64,000 bases of DNA from Octopus bimaculoides (lineage: Eukaryota): NCBI RefSeq assembly GCF_001194135.2, contig NC_068984.1:15879389-15943388 (forward strand). Reading direction: 5' to 3'. Numbering within the stretch: the stretch's first letter is position 1; each line of letters begins with the position of its first letter. This document shows, piece after piece, positions 60,266 to 64,000 of the stretch. The notes under the pieces were generated by a model that saw only the letters and a list, made by a program, of their open reading frames with translations, was not told the DNA's origin and made no database searches. Made by a program: the position numbers and the translations under genes.

Positions 60266-62643
60266 AGTTGTGGCATTCATAACTTTCTTAAATATATTAA
60301 AGCATACAAATGAAATGATGTCTTAATCATGTCCCAAGGCCTCCAATGGTCTGGGTTGACTCTGTATCTGCACATGTATGCAAATTTGATCAGCAAGCCC
60401 CTTCCTGCTCTAAACTCTCAATGCTGTCCAAGTAAAAGACTGCTACCTAGGAGCAGATATGACTTGGTATTAGTATTGCCATAGGCATTGGGTCAGAACA
60501 CAAAGGGCCAGAACAAATACATGGCATCTGGTCCAATATTCTTACAGTTCTGCCAATCTACCATCCTAGATTGGTATTTTTTCTTTTTAACCAACTCCAA
60601 AAGGGTAAAAAGGCAAAGTTGATCACAGTGGGATTTGAAATCAGATCTCAGAGCAGTGGAACAAAAATATTTGTACAGCCCAAGCTACTATGGAAACACC
60701 AAATGTCAGAGAAACAAACAAATTAACATATGGAAATTTGAGTTGACCGAAATTCCAGAGAGCATTTAATAAAGACTATTAGATTTGACATATGTGAGAG
60801 AATATCTATATTTATCCCTCTTGGGACATCTGGACCAATTGATCGATCCAAATGATACAAGCTGAAAGGATTTTGAAGCCAATCTACCAGCCTGATGAAA
60901 CAAACGTTGTGAATGGTTGGTTTTGAAGTGTAATAGCCAATCAGGATCGTCTTTCAGTACATATTTTCTTATTTTTTCACAGAGACATTTATGCTTATGA
61001 TTTTATTTATTTACATGTTTTGTGTTGTTTTAGGATTTCTTATTGTGATAGATGTATTGTATTATAAGCTTTCATAATATATATATAGTTTTACATATTA
61101 ATAAAGTAGTTTTAGGCACTTTATCCATTGTTTTCTATTAAGACATGGGCCCATCAATTTCAATCATCACCATCATCATCAACGTTTGATGTCCATCTTC
61201 CATGTATGCATGGATAGGGATGGTTGATAGGAGCCAACCAGGTAGAAAAACTACCCTCGGCTACTGTGTCTGTTTTGGCAGGGATTTTATGGCTGGATGC
61301 CCTTCCTAACACCAACCACTCTGCAGAATGGACTCAGTGCTTTTTACGTGGCACCAGCACAGGCGAGGTTAGTTTTGGCAAGATTTTTACAGCTGGATAT
61401 CTTCCGAACACCAACCACAGAAAAAAGGTTTGGTCTTTTTGGCTACACATACCAAAACACTGCATGTCTCAAAAGGGTTAACAGACTGTTAGTACAATTG
61501 GAAGGTGGTGGTCACGAGAGCATTGGATAAGATAACTTGCAAGTATCTGCCCCGATTCTTTGTGTTTTGAGTTCAAATTTCCCCCCAATACCAACACTGA
61601 CTTTTATCCTTCCAAGGTTGATAAAATAAAATACTATTCTAGAAGGATGACTTGGAATTGTAAGACAAAATGTTTTGCGACTTTTATTCTGGTTCTTTAT
61701 ATTCCAAGTGTGTCCAGACAGGTGTAAAAGAGTGCTTTGTAAAATCCCCATAGGAAAGTAATGGGGGCGGGGGAATTCCCATGACAAGTGCATCACACAA
61801 GTCAAAGAAGTCAACAGGAAGCTGTTTATCAATCTGATGCCAATAATAAATTAATATCAATTTGGCTATTGATCTCTATACTAGGAAATAAAGTTTATTA
61901 CAACTATATATACTATATATGTGAAGGCATATGCTTTAGCAGTTAGGGTGTTAGCCATTAAACTGTAAAGTCGGGTGTTTTGATTGCTGGACTGGGTAGT
62001 ACATTGTGTCCTTAAGCAAGGTACTTCATTGTTCCAGTCTATTCAACAATTCCCTTTTCTTCCAGCTGTCATACCCATGATGTTCTGCTGGATCCAGGGT
62101 GGGAGGGATGAGAGGATGTCTATGTCTGCTCACAGCTCCATAGGTACCTAAAACAATTAGCAAAAGAATAGTACATGTTGCCAGGCCATTCACACTTACT
62201 AGTACAGCTAAGCACTGTATATTTACATGTGGTAGTAAAACACTTTACACACACAAGGCAAGGTAAACGCTACAATCACATCTATTATAATAGAGATTAC
62301 AGTAATATTAGTTCTATAAAAAATAGTTTTGCTAACTCCAGTTCTTTTAAAGTAAGGCATGAGTCAGATGAATATGTTATTTAATATCCTTCCTGACGTT
62401 AATCCTTACCTGTTTTCAAACAAAGGACCTCTTGATCATGTTTATTCTTTTTTTTTATTCTTTTATTTGTTTCAGTCATGACTGTGGCCATACTGGAGCA
62501 CTGCCTTTAGTCGAGAAAATGGACCCCAGGACTTATTCTTTGTTAATCTAGTACTTATTCTATTGATCTTTTTTTGCCAAACTGCTAAGTTACGGGGGCG
62601 TAAACACACAAGCATCAGTTGTCAAGCAATGTTGGGGGGACAA

Positions 62644-62693
<50 letters not shown>

Positions 62694-63184
62694 CGGGCTT
62701 CTTTCCGTTTCCATCTACCAAATCCACTCACAGGGCTTTGGTCGGCCTGAGGCTGTAGTAGAAGACACTTGCCCAAAGTGCCACGCTGTGGGACTAAACC
62801 CGGAACCATGTGGTTGGTAAGCAAGCTACTTACTACACAGCCACTCCTGCGAATTTCTTAATTATATAAAAAATTATTCTGGATATAGTTGACCGATAGA
62901 TAAAGTAAGACAAAGCAAAAACGTAATTGGGAACTGAAGAAAATTAAGATAGAGACAACAGAAAAAAATGTTTTTAAATGCTTCATATCTTCATCAAACT
63001 GGCAAATATGTAATGTATTTAAAAGACTAACTTCGTTTTAAGAAAGCTTTAGCTGAGTTTCAATATCATGAAAGACACACACACACACACTCTCTCTCCC
63101 TACCATTCTCTCTCTTTCTCTACCTTTCTCTCTCTCTCTCTCTCTCTTTCACTACCATTCTCCTTCTCTACTTTTCTCTTCCCT

Positions 63185-63560
63185 TTTATTTTTATTTATG
63201 CGCCCTTTCAAAGCCTAACCAGGCTCATGGGCCCAGTTTCCCGGTTTCTATGGTGTATGTGTTCTCCCCCAGCTGGACTGGACGCCAGTCCATCGCAACG
63301 TTACTCAAGAAACAGGAAGAAAGAGTGAGAGAAAGTTGGGGTGAAAGAGTACAACAGGGGTTGCCACCACCCNNNNNNNNNNAAAGAGTGAGAGAAAGTT
63401 GGGGTGAAAGAGTACAACAGGGGTTGCCACCACCCCCTGCTGGAGCCTCGTGGAGCTTTTAGGTGTTTTCGCTCACACATACAACGCTCAGTCTGGGAAT
63501 CGAATCTGTAATCCTCCGACCACTAGTCCGCTGCCCTAACCACTGGGCCATTGCGCCTCT
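63185..63560 (-). mobile_element. SINE with a family C head and a different (V-domain-like) body and tail
   Basis: Matches family C from 63560 down to ~63308, then gcgatggactggcgtccagtcc... and an (A/T)-rich tail; a 10-N gap lies inside. Confidence 0.75.
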
Positions 63561-63653
63561 TCCCTACCATTCTTTTTCTCTCTCTCTCACATACACACAC
63601 AACATGGTGACACTCAATGAAAAGGGAAGAAAGTTAGAAGTAATCTGGCTTAC

Positions 63654-64000
63654 CTCAGTACATTTGCGAAATCTTTTGGGACTTACTCCATACTTTGTAG
63701 AATTTGTTGCACTTATCTTCTTTTTTTGAGAGACACAGTTTAGTTTCCCTCGAGAATATATACAAAGAGGCAGGTGAGATTTCTGAGATTTTAATGAACT
63801 TTGGGTGATAGCTACGTTTTCAATCACAGCATTTGACTGTTTGGTTGGTTCAACATCGTTACACAGTAAACTGTTATTCAAAGAATGTTTTGAGGAGTCT
63901 GAGGTACATAGAACATTTGGGTGATGCTGCAGCTTCTGTGAAGAACAGTCTTGGTGGAGTAGAATACTCTCACCATTCCTCTGAACAATATCCAAATGAG
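63654..64000 (-). CDS. Probable large upstream exon of the F-box/WD40 gene (open to the window edge)
   Basis: Stop-free non-repetitive frame ending ...RFRKCTE at a gag|gtaagc donor in phase 0, compatible with the exon at 58744-58809. Confidence 0.6.

Noticed and set aside
60886-60920. accagc-CTGATGA-stem-...gttggt
   Set aside because: Helix I/II-like pairing exists but the GAAA..UH part is absent; at best a dead relic.
63312-63436. Direct duplication of ~50 bp on both sides of a 10-N gap
   Set aside because: A typical unmerged contig-overlap artefact.

Overview
AT-rich, repeat-dense eukaryotic scaffold with six N-gaps. The SINE families and microsatellites point to a coleoid cephalopod, most likely Octopus (inferred, not searched). 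Three spliced protein-coding genes can be rebuilt by hand from GT-AG exons whose phases join in frame. (1) An unidentified minus-strand gene, with two coding exons at 3904-4231, that runs off the left edge. (2) A complete 4-exon plus-strand gene (14233-29511, 226 aa) resembling the ciliary/sperm protein C3orf84, with an RFX X-box upstream. (3) A 13-exon minus-strand F-box + 7xWD40 gene (stop at 38530, 5' end beyond 64000). Introns and intergenic DNA hold at least four SINE families, decayed LINEs (RTE, CR1/Jockey-like, R4/Dong-like), Tc1/mariner and hAT fossils, TTAA-flanked MITEs, a Helitron and several long fold-back palindromes. The most striking hidden signal is a minimal type I hammerhead ribozyme with an intact core (18655-18697, minus). 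It lies in a ~350-nt non-coding element that appears twice in circularly permuted form (Penelope/retrozyme-like), and the second copy ends in a fold-back. Two more degenerate hammerhead-like motifs lie at 4983-5018 and 31187-31226. Coordinates were counted by hand; repeat boundaries are approximate.
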